From: Bryobacteraceae bacterium
GTDB lineage: Bacteria; Acidobacteriota; Terriglobia; Bryobacterales; Bryobacteraceae
Direction of reading: 5' to 3'
Length of the DNA: 64,000 bases
NCBI GenBank assembly: GCA_035308605.1
Contig: DATGGL010000129.1
Span: forward strand, 3,332-67,331
The translations under genes and the position numbers were made by a program. Shown here one piece after another: positions 10,045 through 20,147 of the stretch (the stretch's first letter is position 1; each line of letters opens with the position of its first letter). The notes under the pieces are model-generated. The model did no database searches and was not told the origin of the DNA. It was given only the letters and a program-made list of their open reading frames with translations.

Positions 10045-11148
10045 TTAGCGCTCGTGCCCGAGGGCTTCCTGCAGTTTCGATGCGAATGGCGACGCGGACG
10101 GCTGGGGTGAGGGCTGCGGCTCACGCGCGGGCTTCGACGCGGACGGCTGAGGCTTTGCAGCCGACGGCTCCTGCGACGATTCAGGAGCGGGATCGAGAAA
10201 ACGGCGCTTCTTCAGCACGCTGCGTTCCAGCGCAGGGCTGTATCCCGTCCAAACGCCGTTTACCAGACGGTCTTTATCAATCAGCCCGCGAAGATGCTCC
10301 ATCTTCGAATCGAGATTGTCGAGATGATGCAGCAGCAGAGCCTCGGCAAACACCGGAACCTTCGGCGATCCGAAAGCAAGTTCGCCGTGATGGCTGAGGA
10401 TCATGTGAAACAGCAGATCGCGAAGCGGAGCGGGGAAATCGGGAACAGCGCGGAGCTTTTCTTCCACTATCCGCATTCCGATCATGATGTGGCCGAGCAA
10501 CTGACCTTCTGTGGTGTAGTTGAATCCGCGAGCGTAGGTCAGTTCGTAGATCTTGCCAATATCGTGCAAAATGACCCCGGAGAGGAGCAGGTCGAAATCG
10601 ATGTCGGCATAGTGGGCGGCCGTGAACTTCGCGAGATGGCAAAGCGACAGCACATGCTCGATCAATCCGCCGATCCAGGCATGATGAATCGATTTAGCAG
10701 CCGGCGCGGTGCGATACGCCAGCGCGATGGCCTCATCGGCGAAAACCGCTTCCAGCAGTGACTTCAGATGCGGGTTGGTCATGGAAGCGATCCAGGATTG
10801 GAGCTCCCGGAACATTTCGTCACGATTGCGTGTGGAGGCTGGGAAATAGTCGCCGAATTCCACCTCCGCCTCGGGCACAGGCGCGATTTTATGAACCGTC
10901 AACTGCGGCCGGTTCTGAAAGATCTGATACAGCCCCTTTACGCGAACGAAATCGTCGCGCTCGAAGGCGTCCAGCACTTCGGCCGCGTTGTCCCACATCT
11001 TGGCGTCAAGATCGCCGGTGCGATCCGCCAAGGTTAGGGAAAGATACGGATCGCCGGACTTCTTCTGGCGAATATCCTTGTGGTGAACGAGAAAAATACC
11101 GCTGATGACCTGGTTCGGCTCCAGTTCGCTGATGTAGGGCGATTTCAT
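10045..11148 (-). CDS. YhaM-like 3'-5' exoribonuclease (OB-fold + HD domain) with Pro/Ser/Gln-rich tail
   Basis: OB-like N-terminus (FLVHHKDIRQKKSGDPYLSLTLADRTG). HD motifs (GGLIEHVLS, ILHDIGK, ILSHHG). ATG 11148 lies 6 nt after the upstream gene's stop. Confidence 0.75.
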   Translation of the reverse strand: MKSPYISELEPNQVISGIFLVHHKDIRQKKSGDPYLSLTLADRTGDLDAKMWDNAAEVLDAFERDDFVRVKGLYQIFQNRPQLTVHKIAPVPEAEVEFGDYFPASTRNRDEMFRELQSWIASMTNPHLKSLLEAVFADEAIALAYRTAPAAKSIHHAWIGGLIEHVLSLCHLAKFTAAHYADIDFDLLLSGVILHDIGKIYELTYARGFNYTTEGQLLGHIMIGMRIVEEKLRAVPDFPAPLRDLLFHMILSHHGELAFGSPKVPVFAEALLLHHLDNLDSKMEHLRGLIDKDRLVNGVWTGYSPALERSVLKKRRFLDPAPESSQEPSAAKPQPSASKPAREPQPSPQPSASPFASKLQEALGHER

Positions 11149-11153
11149 TAACC

Positions 11154-12302
11154 CTAGTGCGACGAGGAAGTGCCGGTGGACTTCGTGGCGGTTCCGGGAA
11201 TCGGAATCGCCCACAGCAGCTTCTTGTGGCGCGTCTTGGCGGCGACTTCTTCCTTGGTGATGGTCTCCGGCTTGAGCTGCGCCGGATCGCTCCAGGCTGT
11301 GTTCTTGCCGGGCGCTGCGCCCGAATCTTCATAGCCGGGCTTGATCTCAAGGAACGCATTCTGGCGAAGCTTGGTCAGATAGGCTCGAATTGCCGGATCC
11401 ATCCTGGGGCCGTAGAGCCGGTTCTCGACCTCGTTCTGCACTTCTTCGAACTGGGCGAGGCCGGCCTTCTGGTGATCCTCGACTTTGAAAATGTAAAACC
11501 CGTTGTTGTCGAGCTTCAGAGCATCGGTAACATAGCCGCGAGGCTGGTTCCAGACGGCGTCTTGAATCTCTTTGCGCAAATCTTCCTTCTTCATCGGCGG
11601 CATTTCTCCGCCGCCCTGCGCGGTGGTGTCGTCGGAATTGGTCTGGGCCATTTCCGAGAATTTTTCGCCTTTCCGGGCGCGTACGACCAGGTCCCGAGCC
11701 TTGCGCTCCGCCGCGACCATTCCGGCGGCGTCTTTGCCGACAGTCGAGACGTAGATATCGGCCAGGAACACGCGCTCCTCGCGTTGGAAATCCTTCTGGT
11801 GCTCGTTGTAGTATTTCTCGAGATCTGCGCGGGTGAACTTGATCTGGCTGGATACTTCCTGGCGGATCACGCGGTCGATGAGAAGCTTGTTTTTCATCTC
11901 ATTCTTATAATCTTCGAAAGGCTGACCGCTCTTTTCGCGCACGTAGGCCTGGAATTGTTCGGGGTCCGAAATGCCCGACTGCCGCTGGATGTTCGCCATC
12001 TGCTTCAGCAGGTCATTGTCGACTTTGATGTCGAGCTCCTTGCCTTGCTGGACCAGCAGGAGCCGATCGATACGCTCGCGCAACACGTCGCGCGACCGGG
12101 TGTTGACGGCGTCCTGAAGCGCGCGGGATGTGAGACCCTGCTGCCGGAATTCGTTCTCAAGATCGCGGCGATCCTTTTCAAGTTCGCCGCGGGTGATGAT
12201 GTCCCCGTTGACCTTACAGACGATCTCTTCGACCACCGTCACGTCGGCGGCAAACGCACCGGCGAACGGAATCATACCCAGAGTCAGCAAGAAATACCGC
12301 AT
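11154..12302 (-). CDS. SurA-like periplasmic chaperone / peptidyl-prolyl isomerase
   Basis: Signal peptide MRYFLLTLGMIPFAGAFA, SurA-N-like helical region, then a parvulin-like segment (FSEMAQTNSDD...GGEM...GFYIFKVEDH). Confidence 0.7.
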   Translation of the reverse strand: MRYFLLTLGMIPFAGAFAADVTVVEEIVCKVNGDIITRGELEKDRRDLENEFRQQGLTSRALQDAVNTRSRDVLRERIDRLLLVQQGKELDIKVDNDLLKQMANIQRQSGISDPEQFQAYVREKSGQPFEDYKNEMKNKLLIDRVIRQEVSSQIKFTRADLEKYYNEHQKDFQREERVFLADIYVSTVGKDAAGMVAAERKARDLVVRARKGEKFSEMAQTNSDDTTAQGGGEMPPMKKEDLRKEIQDAVWNQPRGYVTDALKLDNNGFYIFKVEDHQKAGLAQFEEVQNEVENRLYGPRMDPAIRAYLTKLRQNAFLEIKPGYEDSGAAPGKNTAWSDPAQLKPETITKEEVAAKTRHKKLLWAIPIPGTATKSTGTSSSH

Positions 12303-12305
12303 ACC

Positions 12306-15300
12306 CTAATTATACGTTGCAGTTGGCGACAGCGTTTCGAGCGATTCCCGCAAGAATTCGAGAACCGCCCCCGCCTGCTCCGAGCCGCCAGGCATGGGCA
12401 AACGCAAAACGCCGGCGGGAGTGAACTGCGCGCCGTCATTCGATGAAACCAAAGCCATTAAACGTCCCGGATCGATTTTCGAGCCGGGGTGGAATTTGAT
12501 TTGTAATGCGCCGGCGCGCCGGTCAATTGCCTCGATCCCCGCCTGTTCGGCCTGCGTCTTCAACAGCGCGAAGCGGACTAACGTTTCAGCGGCCTCCGGC
12601 AGCGGACCGTAGCGATCGGCGAGCTCTGACCGGATCTTCTCCGCCTGTTCCGCGTCACGCGCGTCCGCGATGCGCTTGTAGGCGCGCAGGCGCTGATTTT
12701 CGTCGGCGATGTATTCGGGCGGGATACGAATATCCAAACCAAGATTGAGCGCTGAATGAACCTGAAGCGGCGTTTCCACGCCCTTCAGCTCCTGGACGGT
12801 TTCTTCGAGCAGACGCAGGTACATGTCAAACCCGACGGCGGCGATATGGCCGTGCTGTTCGCCTCCCAGCAGGTTGCCCGCGCCGCGCAACTCCAGATCG
12901 AGCGCCGCAATCTTGAATCCCGCGCCCAGATCGGAAAATTCGCGCAGGGCCGCGAGCCGCTTTCTTGCGAGTTCGCTGAGTTCCGTGTCTTGCGGGACCA
13001 GCAGGTAGGCATACGCGCGCCGGTTCGACCGGCCGACGCGTCCGCGCAACTGGTACAGCTCGGAGAGCCCATGCCGTTCGGCATTTTCAATGATGATTGT
13101 GTTCGCGAGCGGGATATCCAGACCGTTTTCGACGATCGTGGTGGAAACGAACACATCGTATTCGTGGCGCATGAACCCGAGCAGAACGCGTTCCAGCTCC
13201 GTCTCGCCCATCTGGCCGTGGCCGACTCCGATACGAGCATTCGGCACTAACTGCTGAATGGAGGCCGCCCTGGAAAAAATAGAGTCGACGCGGTTGTGGA
13301 GAAAATAAACCTGGCCGCCGCGGCTCATTTCCTGATCGATGGCGGCGCGGATCAGCTCCGGATCGAAATGCGCGACTACCGTGTGGATGGCGAGACGATC
13401 TTTCGGCGGCGTTTCAATGACACTCATGTCGCGGATGCCGAGCATCGACATGTGCAGCGTTCGCGGGATCGGCGTCGCGCTCATGGTCAGGACGTCGACA
13501 TCCTTGCGAATTTGTTTCAGCCGCTCTTTGTGGCGGACGCCGAACCGCTGCTCTTCATCCACCACCAGCAGCCCCAAGTCGCGAAATTCGATATCTTTCG
13601 AGAGCAGACGGTGGGTGCCGATGGCCACATCGATCTTGCCGGCGGCCAGCTCTTCCAGCGCGGTCTTGATCTCCTTGGCGGACCGGAATCGCGAAAACAT
13701 TTCGATGCGAACGGGAAATGCCGCGAACCGGCTGCGAAAAGTTTCGTAATGCTGGAAGGCGAGCACCGTGGTGGGGGCGAGGACGGCCACTTGCTTGCCG
13801 TCTCCGAGAGCTTTGAAAGCGGCCCGCATGGCGACTTCGGTCTTGCCGTACCCGACGTCCCCGCACAGCAGCCGGTCCATCGGATGCGGTGATTCCATGT
13901 CTTTCTTGATCTCTTTGACGGCCGAAAGCTGGTCTTTCGTCTCGGTGAACTCGAAGGCGTCCTCGAATTCGCGCTGCCAGTTGGAATCGCGCGAAAAGGA
14001 GAAGCCGTCGGCCATCCGGCGCTCGGCGTAGAGCTTCAGAAGCTCGTCCGCCATGTCGCGCATTTTGGCTTTGACGCGAGTTTTGCGCGCGGTCCACGTC
14101 GCTCCGCCTAATCGATCGAGCGGCGGCGGGGATTCGCCCGCGCCGCGATACTTCTCGATCAGGTCCATGCGCGTCAGCGGGACATACAGCTTGGCATCGC
14201 CCGCGTATTCGAGCAGCATGAAATCGCCCTTTTGCTCGCCCTGCGCGATTTCGCGAACGCCGATGAATTTTCCGACGCCGTGCGTCACGTGGACCACGAA
14301 ATCGCCGGGCTTCAAATCCGCAAGATCGGCCGCGAAGGCGGTGAGCTGCGCTTTCGTGATGCCCGGACGCGCGATCAGATCGGAGGCATCGAAGAGATCC
14401 TCAGACCCGATGAAGGCAATATGGGATTCCGGGAAAATCGAGCCGCGGCGGACCAGTCCTTTAATCAGGTAGGTACTGGCGACCGGTCCGGCGAGATACG
14501 CGCGCTCGGCGAGATAAGGGGACGCGGCTTCGTTCGGCGCCAGGCCGAGCTGGAATGAGATGGAATACTCGCGCAGGATATCCGCCAGGCGTTCCAGTTC
14601 GCCGTTCGACGGGGCGAAGAACGCGACGCGGTAGCCTTGCTCCACCAAAGTTTTCGCTTCAGCCACGGCGACCTGCATGCTGCCGTGGAACGCCATCGAC
14701 GGCCGTGTATTGATGTGCGGCGAGCCGACGCCCAGGTCCAGCTCGCGCAGACTGATCTGCGGCTGATTCGCGAATCGGGCCTCGAAATCCTCCCAATGAA
14801 AGAAATTCGCCTCCGCAAGGTCGGCCGCTTCGGGCTGCTGCTCGATGCGTTTCCACAGGCGCTCGGCCGCGGATTGGATCTGTTCCGGCTCATCCAGCAC
14901 CAGAATGGGATCGCCGGCCAGCGCGACGATGGAGTGTTCGCGCGGCTGATCCAGCGCGGCGGTGAACTCCCAGCCCGGGAAAGGAGCGCCCTCGCGAGGC
15001 TGCTCGGCCAACGGGAGGATGCGGCCCTCGGAAACCTTGATGACCGAGCGCTGCGATTCCACGTCGAAACGCCGGATGGACTCCACTTCATCGCCGAAGA
15101 ATTCGACGCGCAGCGGGCGGGCATTTTCAGCGGGGAAAACGTCGAGAATGCCGCCGCGGATCGAATACTCGCCGACCATTTCCACCGGGTCGCGTTTCTC
15201 GTAACCGATCGAGTGAAGATGCGCTTCGATGGTGTCGAGCGGAAGCTCCTCGCCGACCCGCAGTTCCAGTGCCAGGCGCCGGTAATACTCCGCGCCATGG

Positions 15301-15722
15301 GTTCGCAGAAGCGCGGAGGCCGCGGGTGCGATGGTGATGGGCACACTGCCGTTCGCCAGTCTCCACAAGCCGATCGCGCGCCGGCCGGCGATTTCGCTGT
15401 GCGGCGAAAGCTTTTGTCCGGGCAGGACATCCAGCGCCGGCAGAAGCTGTGGACCGGATCCGGAGTGCGAGACCAGAAGATCGAAGAACGTCTCGATCAG
15501 TTCGGCCAGCAGCTCCGCGCGCTGATTGCCGTCGGCCAGCACCAGCATCGGACGTTCGGTAGCCTGCCACAGCAGGACCAGATACAGCGCTTTGGCCGTG
15601 GGTGTCAGCCCGGCGAGCGATGAACTTCCAGTTTCACGGCGCAGCAGGCTCGCGCTGAGCTCGTGAAACGCCGGATGGCGGTTCAGGGTTTGGAAAAGAT
15701 CGCGAACGGCCGGATGGGTCAC
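12306..15722 (-). CDS. mfd: Transcription-repair coupling factor
   Basis: 1138 aa. CarD/TRCF domain (GDFVVHVTHGVGKF), helicase motifs GDVGYGKTEVAMRA, DEEQRFG, SATPIPRT, and a TRG-like region. Confidence 0.95.
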   Translation of the reverse strand: MTHPAVRDLFQTLNRHPAFHELSASLLRRETGSSSLAGLTPTAKALYLVLLWQATERPMLVLADGNQRAELLAELIETFFDLLVSHSGSGPQLLPALDVLPGQKLSPHSEIAGRRAIGLWRLANGSVPITIAPAASALLRTHGAEYYRRLALELRVGEELPLDTIEAHLHSIGYEKRDPVEMVGEYSIRGGILDVFPAENARPLRVEFFGDEVESIRRFDVESQRSVIKVSEGRILPLAEQPREGAPFPGWEFTAALDQPREHSIVALAGDPILVLDEPEQIQSAAERLWKRIEQQPEAADLAEANFFHWEDFEARFANQPQISLRELDLGVGSPHINTRPSMAFHGSMQVAVAEAKTLVEQGYRVAFFAPSNGELERLADILREYSISFQLGLAPNEAASPYLAERAYLAGPVASTYLIKGLVRRGSIFPESHIAFIGSEDLFDASDLIARPGITKAQLTAFAADLADLKPGDFVVHVTHGVGKFIGVREIAQGEQKGDFMLLEYAGDAKLYVPLTRMDLIEKYRGAGESPPPLDRLGGATWTARKTRVKAKMRDMADELLKLYAERRMADGFSFSRDSNWQREFEDAFEFTETKDQLSAVKEIKKDMESPHPMDRLLCGDVGYGKTEVAMRAAFKALGDGKQVAVLAPTTVLAFQHYETFRSRFAAFPVRIEMFSRFRSAKEIKTALEELAAGKIDVAIGTHRLLSKDIEFRDLGLLVVDEEQRFGVRHKERLKQIRKDVDVLTMSATPIPRTLHMSMLGIRDMSVIETPPKDRLAIHTVVAHFDPELIRAAIDQEMSRGGQVYFLHNRVDSIFSRAASIQQLVPNARIGVGHGQMGETELERVLLGFMRHEYDVFVSTTIVENGLDIPLANTIIIENAERHGLSELYQLRGRVGRSNRRAYAYLLVPQDTELSELARKRLAALREFSDLGAGFKIAALDLELRGAGNLLGGEQHGHIAAVGFDMYLRLLEETVQELKGVETPLQVHSALNLGLDIRIPPEYIADENQRLRAYKRIADARDAEQAEKIRSELADRYGPLPEAAETLVRFALLKTQAEQAGIEAIDRRAGALQIKFHPGSKIDPGRLMALVSSNDGAQFTPAGVLRLPMPGGSEQAGAVLEFLRESLETLSPTATYN

Positions 15723-16198
15723 GACACGGGTTCGCGCGCGAGCAATTCTTCGACAATATTAGTGGTTGAATAGCCGGGTTCGAGCGCCAGCGCCATCACT
15801 TTTCCGCCGGCGGCTTCCACTTCCTCGCGTCCAGCGATGAAATGCGCCCAATCGGCGCCTTTGATCAGAATATCCGGCAGAAGCTCGGCGATCAGCTCAC
15901 GCGGCGTGTCTTCGTCGAAAAGTGTGACCGCGTCAACCGCTTCCAGCGCCATCGCCATCCGGGCTCGCTCGTCTTGCGAGATCAGCGGCCGCGACGGACC
16001 CTTGAGGCGCGCGACACTCGCGTCCGTATTCAGCGCCAGGATCAGGATATCGCCCAAGGAACGGGCCTTTTCCAGGAGCCGGATATGGCCCGGGTGCAGA
16101 ATGTCGTAGCAGCCGTTGGTGAAAACCACGGTCTTTTGTCCACGACGCCACTCGGCGCGCGCACGGACGAGGTCGGCGCGATTATAGAAGCTTCCCAT
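15719..16198 (-). CDS. rfaE2: D-glycero-beta-D-manno-heptose-1-phosphate adenylyltransferase (RfaE domain II type cytidylyltransferase)
   Basis: VVFTNGCYDILHPGHIRLLEKAR nucleotidyltransferase HxGH motif. 4-nt overlap with the mfd start. Confidence 0.8.
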   Translation of the reverse strand: MGSFYNRADLVRARAEWRRGQKTVVFTNGCYDILHPGHIRLLEKARSLGDILILALNTDASVARLKGPSRPLISQDERARMAMALEAVDAVTLFDEDTPRELIAELLPDILIKGADWAHFIAGREEVEAAGGKVMALALEPGYSTTNIVEELLAREPVS

Positions 16199-16277
16199 GT
16201 GTGGATAGTTCTATTGTATTCGGGGGACGCGCGCAGGCAAACTCGCGGGCCAAAATTCAGTTGTAAACTAAGGGTGG

Positions 16278-16649
16278 ATGTTCGAACACACCGGGATGTT
16301 CGTTCCGCATCAGAATCTGAGCGACCAGATCAATGGGAACATCATCCGCAGCGAAATTGAAGGCGGCGTGTACCTCCGGGACCTTCCGGACCAGAGCACC
16401 CTTGAAGTTGCGACACAAAATCGCCGCTATACGCTGGTGGTTCGGGACGACGGCCACGCCCTGATCTCCGGCCATCCCGAGTTTTGCCCGGAGCCGGTGC
16501 TGGTGCGAATCAGCGGATCGAACTGGGGCGGGTCCATGCTGAAGGCGGCATTTCTCGGCCGCGGAATGCATCTGGAATACCGGCATCCGAAGTTCCGTGG
16601 ACCGATTGTGACGTCGCCAATCGTGGATATCCGCCTGAAGGCCGCCTGA
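16278..16649 (+). CDS. Hypothetical protein (123 aa)
   Basis: ATG start and non-repetitive, balanced composition (…[25 protein letters not shown]…). No domain recognised. Confidence 0.55.
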   Translation: MFEHTGMFVPHQNLSDQINGNIIRSEIEGGVYLRDLPDQSTLEVATQNRRYTLVVRDDGHALISGHPEFCPEPVLVRISGSNWGGSMLKAAFLGRGMHLEYRHPKFRGPIVTSPIVDIRLKAA

Positions 16650-16662
16650 CGCTAAGAACCTT

Positions 16663-16750
16663 GCGGGACCCGCTTGCTGCCGCGCGCGGTTCTGTGTCGG
16701 TTATTGATATCAGTCGCCCAGCACCGAACCGCGCACGAGAGTGAGCGGGC
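16663..16750. repeat. Intergenic imperfect palindromic (REP-like) element, copy B (full hairpin)
   Basis: Left arm GCGGGACCCGCTTGCTGCCGCGCGCGGTTCTGTG, right arm CACCGAACCGCGCACGAGAGTGAGCGGGC. The arms pair over about 30 nt (CCCGCT/AGCGGG, GCGCGGTTC/GAACCGCGC). The element lies between convergent genes. Confidence 0.65.
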
Positions 16751-16942
16751 TCAATTCAGTAGCTCCTCGCCCCTTTCAATCATGTCAGCCAATACTTGAA
16801 GGGCTATCGACTTGACCTTTCGCACCGCCATCTCCTCGGTCTCCCCGTAGGCCATGACGCCAGGAAGCTGAGGAATCGAAGCGAGAATTCTGCCGTCCTC
16901 TTCGCGATCGACCTCGAGCTGGAATGGCTGAATTTCAACCAT
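16751..16942 (-). CDS. HicB-like (UPF0150) antitoxin-family protein, no HicA partner visible
   Basis: MVEIQPFQLEVDREEDGRILASIPQLPGVMAYGETEEMAVRKVKSIALQVL is the typical HicB N-domain pattern. ATG 16942 lies 17 nt after the M20 peptidase stop. The longer track ORF overlaps the peptidase gene. Confidence 0.6.
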   Translation of the reverse strand: MVEIQPFQLEVDREEDGRILASIPQLPGVMAYGETEEMAVRKVKSIALQVLADMIERGEELLN

Positions 16943-16958
16943 AATCCGTGCAAGCCCT

Positions 16959-18350
16959 CTAATGCTTGGTAGCGGCCAGACCCGTCGCGACTTCCCAGTT
17001 GAACTGAACGAACTTGTACAGCGCTTCCTCAAGCAGCCGTTCCTGGTCGCTGTGCGCGCCGAAGCCTTTCGGGCCGTCCTCTTCATCGGTCATCGGCCCG
17101 ATGCCGTAGCACTGCACGCCTTCGGCTCGCAGAAACGCCATATCGGTTGCGCCGGTGCTCATCTGCGGGAGGGTGATGGTGTTGTATACCTTTCGATTCG
17201 CCGCTTCGATAATCTTGAAAGCATCGTTATCGATTCGCGACGGCGGCGCGACCGGGCGGCGGTTCTGATCGTTGGTGACCAGCTCGACCGCCGGGTCGTT
17301 GATCACATTGCGCATTAGCGCGTAGAACTTGTCCATGTCCTCATCCGGCAGCGCGCGAACGTCCAGAGTGGCGCGAGCTTCGGAAGGAATCACGTTCGAT
17401 TGGTATCCGCCGTTGAAGATGTTCGGTGAAATCGAGGTGTGGAGCATCGAGTAATGATTCGGCTCATGCTCCGCGAGATATTCGCGCGCCCCGGCGGATT
17501 TGGCGGGATCGAAGAGAGCATGGTAGCGCGCGGCTTCTTCCGGGCTGCTGACACCGGCCAGCTTTTCGAAATAGTAGCGGGTGGTGTCGTTGAACCGCAT
17601 AGGCGGGTCCCACATCGCGATCTTTTCGACTGCTCTTGAAAGATGCAGAATCGGATTGGAGCGCAGCGGGCGCGAGCCATGACCGGCGACGCCGTGCGCG
17701 ACCAACTGAACTCCGCGCGGGAGTTTCTCGACCGTTTGGATGAGCGCATAGCGAACCTGCCCGTCGCGACGGTTCACGTTGCCGCCTTCGGCCAGGCAGA
17801 TTTCGGCCTCGATATCGCTCCAGTTCTTTTCGACCAGATGCCCGATGCCCATGCCTGCCGCGGCTTCTTCTCCGGCTTCGGCGACGAAGATGACGTCGCG
17901 ATCCAGCGGGATTTTCAAACGCTTCAGCAGAAGCATCGTCATCAGACCTGCGGTCAGGTTGTCTTTATCGTCAACGGTGCCTCGCCCGTAGACATACCCT
18001 CCGTCGCGCGCCGCGCTGAACGGCCCGAACTTCCATTTCGCCGGGTCGACCTTCACCGTGTCCGTGTGACCCATGATCAGCAGCGGCTTCTTCGATCCAT
18101 TGCCTTTGATGCGCGCGATCAGATTGGAACGCGCCGGATCTTTCGCCGATGTGATGACGGGAATGCCTTCGGCTTCCAGAACCTTCTTGACGTACTCGAC
18201 CAGCTTGGTTTCGTTGCCCGGCGGATCGGTGGTGTCCATCTGAATGGCCGCTGTATAGTGTCGAAGAGCCTCGGCGTTGATCTTGGGCCAATCCGGAGTC
18301 TGAGCCCCGGCCACGAACGGGAACGCGAGCAGCGGGAGCAATCGGCGCAT
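16959..18350 (-). CDS. M20-family metallopeptidase (secreted)
   Basis: Signal peptide MRRLLPLLAFPFVAGAQ. Motifs LLIMGHTDTV, GRGTVDDKDN, FVAEAGEE. Confidence 0.85.
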   Translation of the reverse strand: MRRLLPLLAFPFVAGAQTPDWPKINAEALRHYTAAIQMDTTDPPGNETKLVEYVKKVLEAEGIPVITSAKDPARSNLIARIKGNGSKKPLLIMGHTDTVKVDPAKWKFGPFSAARDGGYVYGRGTVDDKDNLTAGLMTMLLLKRLKIPLDRDVIFVAEAGEEAAAGMGIGHLVEKNWSDIEAEICLAEGGNVNRRDGQVRYALIQTVEKLPRGVQLVAHGVAGHGSRPLRSNPILHLSRAVEKIAMWDPPMRFNDTTRYYFEKLAGVSSPEEAARYHALFDPAKSAGAREYLAEHEPNHYSMLHTSISPNIFNGGYQSNVIPSEARATLDVRALPDEDMDKFYALMRNVINDPAVELVTNDQNRRPVAPPSRIDNDAFKIIEAANRKVYNTITLPQMSTGATDMAFLRAEGVQCYGIGPMTDEEDGPKGFGAHSDQERLLEEALYKFVQFNWEVATGLAATKH

Positions 18351-18353
18351 GTT

Positions 18354-19385
18354 TCAGACCGCCTCGGCTTCGATCACGCTTACCGGCGATTTGGTCGGAA
18401 CGATGCGCGTCAGCCGGAATCCAGAGGATTCGAAGAGCTTCGCGTACTGCTCCTCGGTGCGCTCCAGGCCGCCGGGGATGAGCAGCATTTCAAGATCGAG
18501 AAGCTTGGGAAGCGCCCCGTCGCTGCCCGACGGCACCACCATCTCGATCAACAGCAGCTTTCCGCCCGGCTTCGACGCGGTCCGGCAATTGCGCAGAATC
18601 GTGCTGGCGCGTTCGTCGTCCCAGTCGTGAATGATGTGCTTCATCATGTACGCGTCGGCACCCTCCGGGACGGAGTTGAAAAAATCGCCGTGAACCACTT
18701 GGCAGCGCTCGGCGACGCCTTTGGCCTGGAGCACCGCGGGCGCACCCGCGACCACGTGCGGAAGATCGAACAGGATGCCACATGTCGCCGGATGCGCGGC
18801 AAGAACGGTCGAAAGCGCCACGCCGTGACCGCCGGCGATATCTGCGATGCAGCCGAACTGAGAAAAGTCGTAGGCCTCCACCGCGGCCGGGACCAACGAC
18901 GACGAGAAGCTGGACATGGCCTGATTGAAGATCGCGCCCGTCTCTTTGTCCTGCTCGAAATAGCCGAAGGGTCCGCCGCCAAAGACGTGATCGAATGCCG
19001 GCTTTCCGGTGCGGGCGCTGTGGAGAACGTCCGAAAGCGGATTCCAGTGGGCCTTGCAGCCGCACCAGATGGCCATGCCTCGCATGGAACCTGGGACGTC
19101 CGAGCGCAGCGTCGCGGCCACGGGGTTCAAGGCAAACCTACCCGGGGACACCTCGGCAAATATTCCTGAGGCGGCAAGCGCTCGCATAATTCGATACAGC
19201 GAGGGCGCGTGCGCTCCGCAGGACGCCGCAAGGTCGTCGGAGTCGCGCGGGCCGTCCTTGAGCAGATCGGCAATCCCCAGCGCGGCGGCAGCGTGCAGGG
19301 CCTGCACCAGCAGCGGGGCTAAGAACATCTCCATGATCCGCGCCTCGGGCGGCGGCGTTTCGTGAATCGGCTGGGGAACTGACAT
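18354..19385 (-). CDS. Class I SAM-dependent O-methyltransferase (COMT/ASMT-like, with dimerisation domain)
   Basis: Winged-helix dimerisation N-terminus (LGIADLL...SLYRIMRALA), SAM motif IADIAGGHG, and MKHIIHDWDDE. Confidence 0.8.
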   Translation of the reverse strand: MSVPQPIHETPPPEARIMEMFLAPLLVQALHAAAALGIADLLKDGPRDSDDLAASCGAHAPSLYRIMRALAASGIFAEVSPGRFALNPVAATLRSDVPGSMRGMAIWCGCKAHWNPLSDVLHSARTGKPAFDHVFGGGPFGYFEQDKETGAIFNQAMSSFSSSLVPAAVEAYDFSQFGCIADIAGGHGVALSTVLAAHPATCGILFDLPHVVAGAPAVLQAKGVAERCQVVHGDFFNSVPEGADAYMMKHIIHDWDDERASTILRNCRTASKPGGKLLLIEMVVPSGSDGALPKLLDLEMLLIPGGLERTEEQYAKLFESSGFRLTRIVPTKSPVSVIEAEAV

Positions 19386-19388
19386 GGT

Positions 19389-20147
19389 TTATCCTTTCAA
19401 CTCAGGCAGAATCGCCCGTAAGAGCTTCAGCAGTCTTTCCCGGACCCGTTCTCCGGTCTCCATCACTTCGGCGTGGTTTAATTTCTGCGGCAGAATTCCC
19501 GCGGCCATATTGGTGACGCAGGAAATCGCGAGCACTTTCATTCCCAGGTAGTTCGCGGCGACGGTTTCCGGCACCGTCGACATCCCGACCAGATCCGCGC
19601 CGATGGCTCGCAGGTAACGAATCTCGGCGGGCGTTTCAAAGCTGGGCCCCGGCATGGCGGCATAGACGCCTTCCTGCATCGTGAATCCGAACGGCGCGGC
19701 CGCTCGTTTGGCGATATCCCGATACGCCGCTGAATAAGGCTCGCTCATATCCGGGAAGCGCTCACCGAGCGTCTCATCGTTCGGTCCAGTAAGCGGATTC
19801 ACGCCGAGCAGATTAATGTGATCGGAAATCAGCACCAGATCGCCCGGTCTGTAAGTCAAATTGATGCCGCCGGCGGCGTTCGTAAGAACCACGCTGCGTA
19901 CGCCCCGGCGATACAATTCGCGAATCCCGAAGACCACCTGCGCGGCGGTGTAGCCCTCGTACAGATGCGCGCGTCCGGCAAGAACCATGACCTCCGTCCC
20001 CGCCGCGCGGCCCGTGACCAGTTTCCCGGCGTGTCCGACGGCCGTCGACGGAGGCCATCCCGCGATTTCGCGGTACGGCGTTTCTTTCCGGTCGTCCAGT
20101 GTATCGGCGAACGCGCCCAGACCGCTTCCCAGAACCACACCGATCAT
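19389..20147 (-). CDS. punA: Purine nucleoside phosphorylase (trimeric PNP family)
   Basis: MIGVVLGSGLG, GRAHLYEG, VLTNAAGG, GPSFETPAE, GMSTVPE. ATG 20147 overlaps the nupC stop (ATGA). The track N-terminal extension overlaps nupC. Confidence 0.85.
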   Translation of the reverse strand: MIGVVLGSGLGAFADTLDDRKETPYREIAGWPPSTAVGHAGKLVTGRAAGTEVMVLAGRAHLYEGYTAAQVVFGIRELYRRGVRSVVLTNAAGGINLTYRPGDLVLISDHINLLGVNPLTGPNDETLGERFPDMSEPYSAAYRDIAKRAAAPFGFTMQEGVYAAMPGPSFETPAEIRYLRAIGADLVGMSTVPETVAANYLGMKVLAISCVTNMAAGILPQKLNHAEVMETGERVRERLLKLLRAILPELKG

